From a virus (Duplodnaviria > Caudoviricetes), in the IMG/VR virus record IMGVR_UViG_3300032038_000027, positions 32,001 through 96,000 of that record: a stretch of DNA of 64,000 bases. The stretch is one strand, 5' to 3'. Below the pieces are notes generated by a model, which worked only from the letters and a program-made list of their open reading frames with translations, was not told where the DNA came from and did no database searches. Positions 51,606 through 62,284 of the stretch are shown one piece after another; position 1 is the stretch's first letter; every line of letters begins with the position of its first letter. Made by a program: the position numbers and the translations under genes.

Positions 51606-52781
51606 TTAACTGTGATGTTTTAGTAGGTATTCGTTTGATACATTCTTAAAGCTCATATCATTAGTCGGGTCACGCAATACAACACCCTCACGAAGAACAT
51701 TAGGATTGATCGCTGAAGGAGCGGTTGCATATTTCTTAAACGTTTCCATATCATTCGGGATATGGTAATTTGTATCTAAGATAGGCACAAATTTCATGCC
51801 CATGCTTTCGACAATTTCTTTCGCTTCAACTGACGGCAAACGCCCACGATCTGAACGAATAAAGTTAAAGATATATAAATCATCTTCATCAAGTTTCAAC
51901 GGATTGCCTTGAACCTTGCCAACAGCTTCACCTTGAATACATACATAATCAAGCTCCGGAAATGCGTTCAGATAACTTTTTAATACATTTTCAATATCGT
52001 ATTTAAAGGCGTTATTCCAATAAATATTTTCATCGTGATAACACTCCTGATCGGGCGTAAGTTGTCGCACATTTCTTGAAAGAACATAAAACTCAAACTT
52101 CTTCTTACCTTTGCGTTCGAGAATATATGTTGAACTCGTTCCATCTAATTTTTCAGTAACAACGAATTTGTTTGGTAAACCTAATACCCACGGCATATTT
52201 TCGCAGCGCTCTTCGTCGGTCTTATGTACAAACGAGAACTGAGTAGGAAAAGCAAGTGGTTTATCTTTCTTTCTACCAAAGATAAAGAATAGTAACTTTC
52301 TGCCCCACTTTCGTTTCATCAGCTTTCTGATAAATGGCTTTCTAAATAATTCTTTATGTCGTGCAGCCATTGATTTATATTTTGCGTTAGGGTCTGGCTT
52401 TGCGGATTTTCTGACATTATCTTCCGGCACATAGTATTTTACTCCCAACAGATCAGTAACATCAGCACCGATATCAAGATCATTGACTTCCGGGAATACA
52501 TTCGCGGGCATCAATAGACCCTGCGATAATACCTTGCACATCTTTTGCGTTTTGATCTTATAATGCTTTGACTCTAAAAACGCAAAACGCTCGTCTGTTT
52601 CGGGAACTTTACTGTCAATTTCAAAGTAAATTGCCCTATCCCCTACATTAAATTCATCTTTACGAACGACACACCACCAACCGTTTGTTCTTGCATGAAC
52701 AACACGATCATAGTTCGGAATCGGGCGAATTTCATCAATCGTAACAATATAAGCTAACGCTCTTTTGCTATTACTTACCAT
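51606..52781 (-). CDS. RNA ligase (Rnl2/DRB0094-like, N-terminal OB domain)
   Basis: YFEIDS, KTDEER, TEKLDGTS, QGE, FVPIL, REGVV, SFK.VS. Confidence 0.9.
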   Translation of the reverse strand: MVSNSKRALAYIVTIDEIRPIPNYDRVVHARTNGWWCVVRKDEFNVGDRAIYFEIDSKVPETDERFAFLESKHYKIKTQKMCKVLSQGLLMPANVFPEVNDLDIGADVTDLLGVKYYVPEDNVRKSAKPDPNAKYKSMAARHKELFRKPFIRKLMKRKWGRKLLFFIFGRKKDKPLAFPTQFSFVHKTDEERCENMPWVLGLPNKFVVTEKLDGTSSTYILERKGKKKFEFYVLSRNVRQLTPDQECYHDENIYWNNAFKYDIENVLKSYLNAFPELDYVCIQGEAVGKVQGNPLKLDEDDLYIFNFIRSDRGRLPSVEAKEIVESMGMKFVPILDTNYHIPNDMETFKKYATAPSAINPNVLREGVVLRDPTNDMSFKNVSNEYLLKHHS

Positions 52782-52971
52782 TGTTTCGCCTCCGCTTGTT
52801 ATATTTCTTTCTATTAGGTCTGGCGCGTGTCATCTTGCCCTTTTCATCAAATCCAATAGTTTCGCCATCAGCTACATGACCGCAATTTGGACAAGTATAT
52901 TTCGTATATGAATTACTTGGTTCAAAGCAATAGCTGATTGTCATTTCAACATTACATTTTTTGCAAATCAT
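52771..52971 (-). CDS. Small zinc-ribbon protein
   Basis: CKKC...CPNCG; basic tail; RBS ggagg. Confidence 0.55.
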   Translation of the reverse strand: MICKKCNVEMTISYCFEPSNSYTKYTCPNCGHVADGETIGFDEKGKMTRARPNRKKYNKRRRNNGK

Positions 52972-53012
52972 TTTTACCTCCTGTAATCTTTCAGTACAGC
53001 AATTAAGAATAA

Positions 53013-53573
53013 TCAATTAATAATTTCGGCGATTTCATATTTCTCAGCTTCTCCGCTTCTAATGTACCAATTCATTTTCTTGTCTGCAATTTCATGCAGT
53101 TTTTCAAGAGGAATTTTAGTGCGTTCAGCCACAAAGTATTCATACTGAGCATATATTCTCTTTGTTTCATCAATATCTTCAATTAAATCGTTTAATTTAC
53201 CGCTTATTCTTGTACTTGTTTGGTGGTACATGAGTACCGCATTTTTAGACATAAATCTTTTATGTCCGGCAAGAAATATCTTGAATCCTGCGCTCATAGC
53301 ATATCCCATGCAATATGTATAAATAGGTGTCTTAGAATTAAGCATTATACCGATTATGCTCCACGCATCATATGCACTACCTCCGCGTGAATCAATATAA
53401 AAATGAATAGGTTGCCTTGTATATTCTTTCAGTTGAGTTTCTTTATTATCATCGGCAAAAATTAGCGATAATAAATAAGAATTGATCTGTCCACAAATTT
53501 CATTATCAATTATATCATTCACGACAATTACTCTATTATTTTCATCAAAGGATATATTTGCGATCTGAACCAC
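53013..53573 (-). CDS. ClpP-like protease
   Basis: PIHFYIDSRGG, GYAMSAG (catalytic Ser), MYHQ (His), EA.KY. Confidence 0.85.
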   Translation of the reverse strand: MVQIANISFDENNRVIVVNDIIDNEICGQINSYLLSLIFADDNKETQLKEYTRQPIHFYIDSRGGSAYDAWSIIGIMLNSKTPIYTYCMGYAMSAGFKIFLAGHKRFMSKNAVLMYHQTSTRISGKLNDLIEDIDETKRIYAQYEYFVAERTKIPLEKLHEIADKKMNWYIRSGEAEKYEIAEIIN

Positions 53574-54156
53574 TCCTTAAAGTGTTATTATGAATAATTC
53601 TTATAACACCCGCCCATGAATTTGCTATTACCATACTATCGCTATTAATTTTATAATTCCGATTATGCGGTGCGTCAAATAAAATTTTAAATTGTTTTTC
53701 ACTCGTTAAATTATGAACACCATCATCAATTAGAAAGTGTCCGTTAATCAAGTCTTTACGAGAAGTAATAATAACATCATTCCATGAAATAAATGGAAAA
53801 TATTTCTTTACCACATACTCAAATTTCGGCTCAACACACTTATAATATGTAGTAGAGCAAGGCATGATATGATAGCCTTCATCAGACAGTAATTTAAGTG
53901 ATTCCACAGCACCAAATTTAGGTTTAACGGTGCACCAGAATAGTTTGCTGTTAAATGGTTCATATATTTCATCATTCTTTAATGTCGGAAATGCTTTCTG
54001 CATATTCCATTCAGTAATATCATCAACGGACACACTCAATGAGTGCATACGATTCAAACGCTCTACCCATGCAGGTAATAAGTCTATCATTACATCATCT
54101 ATGTCAACCAAAATAATGATTTGATCTGGCGGCAAATTATAATACGGTTTCTTCAT
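53545..54156 (-). CDS. 5'(3')-deoxyribonucleotidase (HAD, NT5C-like)
   Basis: VDIDDV, K..I..HFLIDD..HNL, FDAPHN. Confidence 0.85.
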   Translation of the reverse strand: MKKPYYNLPPDQIIILVDIDDVMIDLLPAWVERLNRMHSLSVSVDDITEWNMQKAFPTLKNDEIYEPFNSKLFWCTVKPKFGAVESLKLLSDEGYHIMPCSTTYYKCVEPKFEYVVKKYFPFISWNDVIITSRKDLINGHFLIDDGVHNLTSEKQFKILFDAPHNRNYKINSDSMVIANSWAGVIRIIHNNTLRSGSDRKYIL

Positions 54157-54159
54157 AAA

Positions 54160-54705
54160 TCAATCCCACAAACAATAGTAATACTTTTTGAACAAATCCA
54201 TAAATTCACACAAACATTCTTCGCGATATTTTTCTAATTCTATATCAGCTTCTAAATGTTTCTTGATGATGTTTTCATATTCCGGCACATCATCTGCGGA
54301 ACTATTCAAATAATCGCATATGTTCCCAATCGTTTCCCGATATTCATCATCGTATGGATTTTTCTTTGTACAAGTAAATTCATCAGATTCGCCGAGCAAG
54401 AAAATCATTCTGTTTAATAATTTGACATATGCTTCATCTTGCTTGTCCACATCACAAGGGTCAACATTTTCATCAATTTGAATTGTTGGTACGCCACAAT
54501 GATTATCTCTAAGAGTTGTTAAAATCTTTATCATTGTAGGTGCGAACCAAGTATCGACTTCCCAATTTGCGGTGATATCATAACCATTCTTAATAAGATA
54601 ATGAAGATCACTGAAATATCTCGGAATTGCTTTAATATTTTTATACCAACGTTTTTTATCCCAACAAAAACAACGTTGCCATATTTTGCGATTGTATAAA
54701 ATCAT
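54160..54705 (-). CDS. Hypothetical protein
   Basis: ORF with RBS. Confidence 0.5.
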   Translation of the reverse strand: MILYNRKIWQRCFCWDKKRWYKNIKAIPRYFSDLHYLIKNGYDITANWEVDTWFAPTMIKILTTLRDNHCGVPTIQIDENVDPCDVDKQDEAYVKLLNRMIFLLGESDEFTCTKKNPYDDEYRETIGNICDYLNSSADDVPEYENIIKKHLEADIELEKYREECLCEFMDLFKKYYYCLWD

Positions 54706-54716
54706 AATGTATCACC

Positions 54717-55205
54717 TTATGAAAATTTTATATTAGACTTACTTGGGATGGTTATCCTATATTGCGTATCACCATACGATAAACACCAAAGATTCCAGAA
54801 GGGATTTGCTTTGCGAGAAGTAATCTCTACATTTGGTGTTTCTGATTTATCAAAGTTCAAATGAACATCCTCTTTTTTGTCTTTATAAACTGTTATTTCA
54901 TCATCTTTATATGCAAAATAATATCGAGAATCCTCAAATTCACCGCTAATTTCAAGATAATAATCAATATTATCGTCAGAAGTTTGAATCAAATCATATG
55001 TTTCGCACGTTGCATATGATGCAGAATCATTTGAATATATAATTGCACCAGTTATGAGATTAATGATTGAACCTAAAAATAAACTACCAATAATGGCAAC
55101 CGCACAAGCCGTTACAATTAAACCGATAAGATGTGATACATCATCTCGAAAATAAATAATAATTATAGCTGCAATAATAGCAAATACCAAAATATATGTA
55201 AGCAT
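54717..55205 (-). CDS. Membrane protein
   Basis: Two N-terminal TM helices. Confidence 0.55.
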   Translation of the reverse strand: MLTYILVFAIIAAIIIIYFRDDVSHLIGLIVTACAVAIIGSLFLGSIINLITGAIIYSNDSASYATCETYDLIQTSDDNIDYYLEISGEFEDSRYYFAYKDDEITVYKDKKEDVHLNFDKSETPNVEITSRKANPFWNLWCLSYGDTQYRITIPSKSNIKFS

Positions 55206-55214
55206 ATTAACTCC

Positions 55215-55778
55215 TTATCTATTCAAAATATTAATCTGGCAACTTTCCATAACATCGAGAGCTTCATTATGTTTTTCTGGTGTAGTTCCGGCACAACACG
55301 AGGCATCAACATAAATTTCAGCAAATGGAAACTCTGTCTTTAAATATAATGCGTTGCTAATAACACAAATATCAGTGCAAAGACCGATCAAATGAAATTC
55401 AAGAGATTTGCCATTTGTAAGTTTACCTGCCAACATTTCGCCCACCATTAAAGGAAGAACAGTTGAAGCGAAAATACCTTTTGCTGCAATTCTTTCCTTA
55501 GAAATTTTCTTTTCGCAAATATATGTTTTCAATTCATCGGGGAAATCCCAACCATTAGTTTTATAAATACAATGCGGTACAGGAAGATGTTGTCCTTCAA
55601 CTGTTTTTAAATAACTATCATCATAGTGTGTATCTTTTGTAAAGAAAATCTCGTCATCCCAATTTTTGATCTTATCCATAACATTAGAATAGATAGCTTG
55701 CGCCTCTTTCGTGCCTAATGTGCCATTGATAAAATCATTTTGGAAATCAATACAAAATAAAACCTTAATTTTATCCAT
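55215..55778 (-). CDS. Isochorismatase-family cysteine hydrolase (nicotinamidase PncA-like)
   Basis: IDFQNDFI.G.LG, DTH, LP..HC...T.GW, K, GLCTDICV. Confidence 0.85.
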   Translation of the reverse strand: MDKIKVLFCIDFQNDFINGTLGTKEAQAIYSNVMDKIKNWDDEIFFTKDTHYDDSYLKTVEGQHLPVPHCIYKTNGWDFPDELKTYICEKKISKERIAAKGIFASTVLPLMVGEMLAGKLTNGKSLEFHLIGLCTDICVISNALYLKTEFPFAEIYVDASCCAGTTPEKHNEALDVMESCQINILNR

Positions 55779-56202
55779 TTGAAACCTCGTCATCCATGTG
55801 TTCATATTGATACTGTGCTATAAGATCACAACCAATTTTCTTTGCATATTCCTCGGTTTTTGCGTAAACCCAAACTTCATAACGCTCTTGATTATAAATA
55901 CTTGCTGCACGACAATATTTAACATTATTGATTTCAATACTTTCATCATAATGATCTCGTTCAAAAGTAGTAATTTCATTATCATTTAAATATTTGCTAA
56001 CTTTATATAAATGATATCCTCGCGCCGCAAAATCTACGGCTTGTTCATATTGGTCACTGTCATATATTTCAATATTAGCATTACTATCCCAAACTGAGTT
56101 GCTATAATAATTCCTTAATTTTTCAGCCATCTCTGGTGTAGTAGCAACACCACAAACATGATAATCTGAATAGCTACCCGCAGTAATTACATAAATTTTC
56201 AT
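55771..56202 (-). CDS. Hypothetical protein
   Basis: MKIYVITAGSYSDY phage-type ORF. Confidence 0.5.
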   Translation of the reverse strand: MKIYVITAGSYSDYHVCGVATTPEMAEKLRNYYSNSVWDSNANIEIYDSDQYEQAVDFAARGYHLYKVSKYLNDNEITTFERDHYDESIEINNVKYCRAASIYNQERYEVWVYAKTEEYAKKIGCDLIAQYQYEHMDDEVSNG

Positions 56203-56227
56203 ATATTATCCTTTCACACCAATGATT

Positions 56228-56632
56228 TTATTCTTTTGTGATCTTATATCCTAATTTTTGAATCAATTTTAATGTTTCCATAGCCGTATTCAGATCATAT
56301 GCCTGTTCACATTCCGGCAACTCGTCATAAGGAACAAGACAAGGATTTGTCTTTGCGACATCATCACGGGTTTCGCCATATGTCCAACCATCACGAATCC
56401 TACCTTCAGCCCAAACATCATGAACATTAGCGGCGATTTTTTCGCTCAACTCCATAATATTATCACTTAATTCAACATCGGTTGTATCAATAGGCTTTGG
56501 CTTATATGCCTCTGGTTCTCCTGTTTCTTCTTCACCGAATATTGAATTTAAAAATAGCGCAAATGCAGCTATACAAGCGATAATACACATAAGTTGTACA
56601 ATATTACAAAATAACATAACCATAATTAACAC
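56228..56632 (-). CDS. Membrane-anchored RyR-domain protein
   Basis: YKPKPIDT..V.L....E.IA.NVHDVWA..R..DGW.YG..RDD....PCLVPY.ELP..E..YD. Confidence 0.85.
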   Translation of the reverse strand: MLIMVMLFCNIVQLMCIIACIAAFALFLNSIFGEEETGEPEAYKPKPIDTTDVELSDNIMELSEKIAANVHDVWAEGRIRDGWTYGETRDDVAKTNPCLVPYDELPECEQAYDLNTAMETLKLIQKLGYKITKE

Positions 56633-56681
56633 TCCGATACGGTACTATCAAGATAAATAATATATTCATATTTGATTTCGC

Positions 56682-57245
56682 TCATTTGTACCTCCGCTTA
56701 ATGGTCGCACGATTTCTATTATTAAATTTTTCAGAACAGTAATTATTTATATAATAAATTGCAAGAATAATTGATTCAATCATACGCTCATCTTCTTTAT
56801 CCATATGACAAATTGGCATTTCGGAATAATGATGACATAGATCAATCATAAATTGCCACAAATTATTTTGTTGCTTAATCTTTGATTCTAAAACATGAAT
56901 GGGAACAAATTCTTTAACTGAAAAAGTAAAAGGATATTTCGTACTCCTTTCTAAAAGAGTATTTATAAAACCGAATAAACCTTTTTCAATCAAAATATCA
57001 CAATGAAATTTTGTAGATTCGTATAAATGCTGCGGAATATTTTCAATCTCAGTTAATAATGCAAGCATAATTGTATCAGCATAATCCGCATCTTTTAAGC
57101 AATATCCCGATTCGCGCGAATTATAATAATAGCTATCAACAATATGCCAACCTTTATTTTCACCGTCAGAATATCTCCATAAAGTCCATGCCATAGGGTT
57201 TACTGTTCCATAATTAACCGATAAGATAAAATGATTATTATCCAT
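56682..57245 (-). CDS. Degenerate stand-alone terminase large-subunit C-terminal (RNase H-like) domain
   Basis: SVNYGTVNP..W.LW...W....YYYNSRE...D.DYAD resembles the TerL motif S.DYGT.NP...EYYY.GR...D.EY.DD (recalled consensus). Confidence 0.55.
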   Translation of the reverse strand: MDNNHFILSVNYGTVNPMAWTLWRYSDGENKGWHIVDSYYYNSRESGYCLKDADYADTIMLALLTEIENIPQHLYESTKFHCDILIEKGLFGFINTLLERSTKYPFTFSVKEFVPIHVLESKIKQQNNLWQFMIDLCHHYSEMPICHMDKEDERMIESIILAIYYINNYCSEKFNNRNRATIKRRYK

Positions 57246-57639
57246 TGTCAAACTCCTTACCCGGATAGAAAATGTATGTTTTGATTCTTTTACTCTTTGC
57301 GATGCCTACCATGTGCGAAGTTCCGCGACTTTTGCCATCCCAAAAAGCTATTAAAACACCCTTATGACCATCTTCTTTTGCCCATTGTGCCATTTGAGTA
57401 TTTCTAATAAATCCGGCTGATTTGCCATAGTTTGTCCATTGAGCGTGATAGATCGTCAATTTAATATTGTTTTCACGAGCGTATCTATTACCGAGAAGAT
57501 CAGCACCTTTTGCGCCGCCAGTAATTATTTCAATATAGTCACAATCATATTTTGAAATAACTTCATCAATCTTTTCTTTAACATAATCATAATCATTAAA
57601 CGAGCGGCAACCCGCAACAATTATTCTTAAATTCACCAT
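57238..57639 (-). CDS. SLOG-family protein (DUF2493/YspA-related)
   Basis: IIVAGCR.F.DY, GGAKGAD, YGKSAG.IRN..MA, AFWDGKSRGT..M. Confidence 0.88.
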   Translation of the reverse strand: MVNLRIIVAGCRSFNDYDYVKEKIDEVISKYDCDYIEIITGGAKGADLLGNRYARENNIKLTIYHAQWTNYGKSAGFIRNTQMAQWAKEDGHKGVLIAFWDGKSRGTSHMVGIAKSKRIKTYIFYPGKEFDNG

Positions 57640-57647
57640 ATTATCAC

Positions 57648-58869
57648 CTATATAAGATTTTTTAAATATGCAATTACTGCTTTCAAATCATAATAATCCA
57701 TTATATCATTTAAAGATAATTCATCGGGTGAAACTTCAGTATAATAATGTTTCAATCTGCCTTTTTTAAAATTTTTATGTGATGCTGTCTTATTATAACC
57801 GTATAGTAGAATATTGCCCTTTTGTGTTGTTCGTGCGCTGACATATGTATGTTCTTTAATTACAGCTTCAGCAAAACTTTGCCAATCATCATATGTTTCA
57901 TCCGAATCAGGCTTTCTTTCGCCAATGTACACTTGTGATCTGCTATCGAATAACTTGCCGTTAATCCGCACTTCAAGGCGTTCATTATAATATGCGATGT
58001 CATTTGATTTTTTATAATAATGTTCAAGTGCCTGTTTAACACGAAATACAGGAATTAATTTTGCACCATTAGTATAGATTTCTTGCTTATCTTTAAATGA
58101 ATGATCTTCAAGAAATTCTTCTATTGTATCAGGGAATGACATAATGTCCGGCATTTAATCGCTCTCACTTTCTTTAAATTTATCTCCTATATTCATTCAC
58201 AATTTTGTGATTGGCTTCCCGGAGCTTTTCAATTTCTCTTAGATTTTGCCGATAATTTGCAATAGAAATGCGCAAATTTGGCGGGAAATCTACTGTTTCT
58301 TTACGCGAAAAATTAGTTATTCGATATGATATTATTTCATCACGATATATACAATACACATATCTATAGTCTTTCGGATTGATATAAAACTTAACTGCAC
58401 TTTTAACGGTTTCGCCATTTATAAAATGTAAATTATAATATGATTTGTACAGCCTCAAAATATGCCCATCATAATCGGAATGTGCGGAAATTAAATCGCC
58501 GAATTTCTTATCATCAAATATTTTGATGTCTGCATAAAACTCATTATTCACATCAATGCCTCATATGGTAGATCATGATTTGTTGCGCATAAAGTTAATC
58601 ATCTTATTAACACCATCAATTACACCAACATAGTATTCTACGTCAAGTTGAGCTGATGATAATTGCTTACTTAATGCTTTATTATTTGATGATAATTCTT
58701 GATTCTTATTCTTTAAATCATTATTTTTGTCGTTTAATTCTGATAATTCTGTCTTTAACTTATCAATATAAGAATTTAATTCCGCAATTCTCGCTTTGTA
58801 TTCAGCGATGATTCCAGAGCCATCGTTATGTGTTTCGTTTGTTTCGTACATTTGTTCTAATCCTCCCAC
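57648..58869 (-). CDS. Three hypothetical ORFs (57648-58154, 58180-58551, 58573-58869 coiled coil)
   Basis: Tightly packed co-directional ORFs with no recognised motif. Confidence 0.45.
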
Positions 58870-58894
58870 TTATATTAATATTTGTCATAATATG

Positions 58895-59680
58895 CTAATC
58901 CTTTTTTAATGGTTTAACAAAGCTAAATTCATATACATCTGTTGGTTCAACTAAAATGTGATGACAAGTTTCGCCATCATATATGCTGCCTTTGTGGTGA
59001 TTACAAAGCGGTGATCTTACGTCCTCGCCGCAGATAGAACAAATGGTACGATTTACGCTACAACCAATAGATACTTCATTTAATTCACCGGATTCAATTT
59101 GTTGGATTATTTCAGCGTTTTCGTTTGAGCGTATCATAAATATTCTTGCAGTTAAATTGAAAAGCTGCTCTCCGGTCTTAGTAGCTTTGCCATCAGGTGC
59201 TTCAACATCGCAAGAAATAATTCGCATTATCTGAGTTGGCATGACATCGGTATCAACATATCCAGTTTTGCCAACGAATAATTTCTTAAAGCCATATAAT
59301 GTATCTACGGAAAATTGTTCATTATCTTTGTCGATATCATTATTACAAAGAATAACAGTAAACAAATAAACTTCTTCAGGATTCAAATAGCGGCGAGAAT
59401 AGCTATTGACGAGTTCCATTTCTTCTGCGCTCCACTTTGATGCCGCAAGAGAACCTACACGACAGTTCCAAAACTCCGCAGCTTTACCGTAACCATCTTC
59501 GAGAACAACGAAATCGCCTTCAACATATTGCGAACGATGTTCAAACTCTCTTGTTTGAATTTTGCAATCGCAACATTCTATATTGAATTTTTCGGTATAA
59601 ATTCCACCACTTGCGATAGTGCGATGAAGAACATGAAATCTTGATTTGCCGCCACATATCGGGCAATTTTTTAAAATCAT
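58895..59680 (-). CDS. Lar-like zinc finger fused to a degenerate prohead-protease-like domain
   Basis: LKNCPICGG...CCDC...WN (Lar-like); EEVY.F.V.LC.N..D.D.E.F, LFVGKTG, EVSIGC, CSICG..C.H.KG, D.YEFSFV. Confidence 0.55.
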   Translation of the reverse strand: MILKNCPICGGKSRFHVLHRTIASGGIYTEKFNIECCDCKIQTREFEHRSQYVEGDFVVLEDGYGKAAEFWNCRVGSLAASKWSAEEMELVNSYSRRYLNPEEVYLFTVILCNNDIDKDNEQFSVDTLYGFKKLFVGKTGYVDTDVMPTQIMRIISCDVEAPDGKATKTGEQLFNLTARIFMIRSNENAEIIQQIESGELNEVSIGCSVNRTICSICGEDVRSPLCNHHKGSIYDGETCHHILVEPTDVYEFSFVKPLKKD

Positions 59681-59689
59681 TTTAACCAC

Positions 59690-60073
59690 CTACAATAAAT
59701 TTGATAAATATTCGCGCAATTCTTTTACGATCACAGGATTTTTTCTTAATAGGTTCTTTGTGTATTTGAGATCATCATTTGCGACAGGTGCAATATTTTG
59801 TTGATCTTCGCCCGGAATAGGAGGCAACTCCATCCAATACCGCACATTAGTCCATTCGTAATATCCTACTTCAGAATCATAAGCATACCAACCGCTTTCG
59901 CCACGTTTATGATTGAAATCATCATTATCGACTGCATATAAATTTCTCGCAAAATAACAAATATTATGCCTGAGATATTTTTTGCCGCCAGATATTGATT
60001 CTGTTAAAACATAATAGCGTTTACGATCTTTTTGCGGTAACTCTTTGCTTGCATCATGCCAAAACATTTCCAT
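59690..60073 (-). CDS. DUF551-like phage protein
   Basis: W.DAS.ELP ... V.YWMELP. Confidence 0.6.
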   Translation of the reverse strand: MEMFWHDASKELPQKDRKRYYVLTESISGGKKYLRHNICYFARNLYAVDNDDFNHKRGESGWYAYDSEVGYYEWTNVRYWMELPPIPGEDQQNIAPVANDDLKYTKNLLRKNPVIVKELREYLSNLL

Positions 60074-60078
60074 TTATG

Positions 60079-62214
60079 TCATCTTTCCTTCGTGATTTCA
60101 TATTGTGTTGCACACATTCCTATACATTGTGGCGTTTCATATTTTTTATTACCGAATCTTTTGGAACATACATAATGAGTATCATGCCAATTAATTCTAT
60201 CGTCAGGAAATGATCTTTCGTCAATCACCAAATCATTAATATCAAATAAGTTTTGCGAATGATACTTTATGATATATTCAAACATTTCTTCTTTTGTATT
60301 AAACTCTTTTGCTTCTGCCATAGCATCAGCTAAAAGGTAACGGCGCGGTCTAAATATATACATTACACATTACCCCTCTATGAAATCGCTTTATATTCGT
60401 GAATTATTGCACGCTTGAAATTATCATCGCGATTTATGCACATTCTCCATATTTCAGTAAGAGGAATTTCAATAACGATAAAGCTCACATTTGGCAGAAG
60501 AGCCATAATTTTTAATTGCACATTCAAATAACCAGTTTCTACACCTGCACCGATCTCGTCTAATCCGTTATATTCTATCGAACTATCTTTTATAATCTCG
60601 GCATCTAATTTGATTATTTCAGCTTTTTCATATGAACCATGTTCACATATTTCTTTATCTTTCGATAAATAATATGCTAATACTGTTTCTGCTTCTTCAT
60701 TGAAGTCAAATCTATGAGAAAGTTCTTTAACTGCTTGCACCTGTTCATATTCTCTCAGAGTGAATATATCTTTATAATTATTTGGCAATTTAACTGTCAT
60801 TGTTGTCCCTCTTAATCATCAATTTTAACGCATTTCTTTCGGTCGAATTGATATTTACCTTTTTCGCCACCAATTTCTTTGTCGCTAACAATTCTTTCCA
60901 TACCGTTACTACGCAACTTAATATCACATGAATAATCTTCGTGTTGAGTGACCGAAATTACTTTATATGTATCTAATGACCAATCTAAGCAATACTCATA
61001 TGCAAATAGAATATCTCCAACTTGGCATGGTGGTGCTTTTCGTAAAGATTTTAAACCATCAAGAGTAAATGCTTCATGAACGCTAACATAATATTTATTG
61101 GGTTTATAATCAGCGTATGTTACTTCACGAACTTGCTCATAAATCTTAATGTCGCTATGATCGCCAATGGTTAGCCAATGATATTTAACACGATCACGAA
61201 ATTGCTTATTATAGATTCGATATTCTTGTCCGGGCGCAATAGATAATCTTTTTACAATATCTTCTTTTGAAAATTCTATAAAAGCACCGTAATCTCCAAT
61301 TACAATACGATCATATTTTTTACATATGATAGTGCCTTCGATGGTATATAATTCTTTATTATCACCATTTACATCTAAATAAGCAGGTATATTCTCAGCC
61401 CAAAATGTTCTATATTTTTCAGATAGATCATCTGGTAATTTTTTGTATTTATACTTTTCTGCTAATTTTGCTTCAATTCGTAATGTATTCATTATATTTC
61501 AACCTCTTGCTCCCACCTTATACAAGCAGCATTGTTAATCAGTTCATTAGTAAAATAAGGTTTTAAGAATTGAATTTGAGGCTCAGTTAGGAACTTATTC
61601 CATTCAATATAAAATTTGCGATAAGGTGCAAGAGAACAAGTAATATGTACCCACGAATGACTTAAAAGAATATCATCGACAGATTTATAACCTTCATATC
61701 CGAACTTTTTACAAATCTCTTTTGCCATTTCTATATGATCGTAAAGATCACATTCATACATATCACCATCAGGCGCAAGCCAACCTACTTGTAGTCCATT
61801 ATATTTCATAATCCACCTTAACTTTTACATCAGATAATCATAATTTGCCCTTGCTACCCACTCAGCATTTTGAAAAATTATGACTGCCTTGCCATTATCA
61901 TCTCTTATAAAAATGCAAGGAGTTTTTACATCGGGATTTTGTGGAGAAACATATAATACTTTATCTCCAAATCTAAATTCATAGCTTTTATTAGCAGATT
62001 CTTGCTTTTTATCATCAAGTATAATGTATTGTTTCTCGCCATCTACCATTTTCCAAAATGTATAAGCAGTTCGCGGAACTGCAATATCAAAGTATTCAAA
62101 TTCTTCTTTCGTGTTTGATTGAATGATCTGACAATCTGGTGGAGTTGTGAAAATCGGGTGAAAATCAACACCGTCTGCTTCTAATTCATTCATTGTTTTT
62201 AAAAATGGATTCAT
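60079..62214 (-). CDS. Five hypothetical phage ORFs (60079-60363, 60378-60800, 60812-61492, 61492-61809, 61825-62214)
   Basis: Closely spaced co-directional ORFs with RBSs; no confident function. Confidence 0.45.
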
Positions 62215-62284
62215 TTTTTGTTCCTTATCTAATTATATTTTAGAAATGATCTCATTAAAAACTGCATCTCGTTCAGATTCAGTT

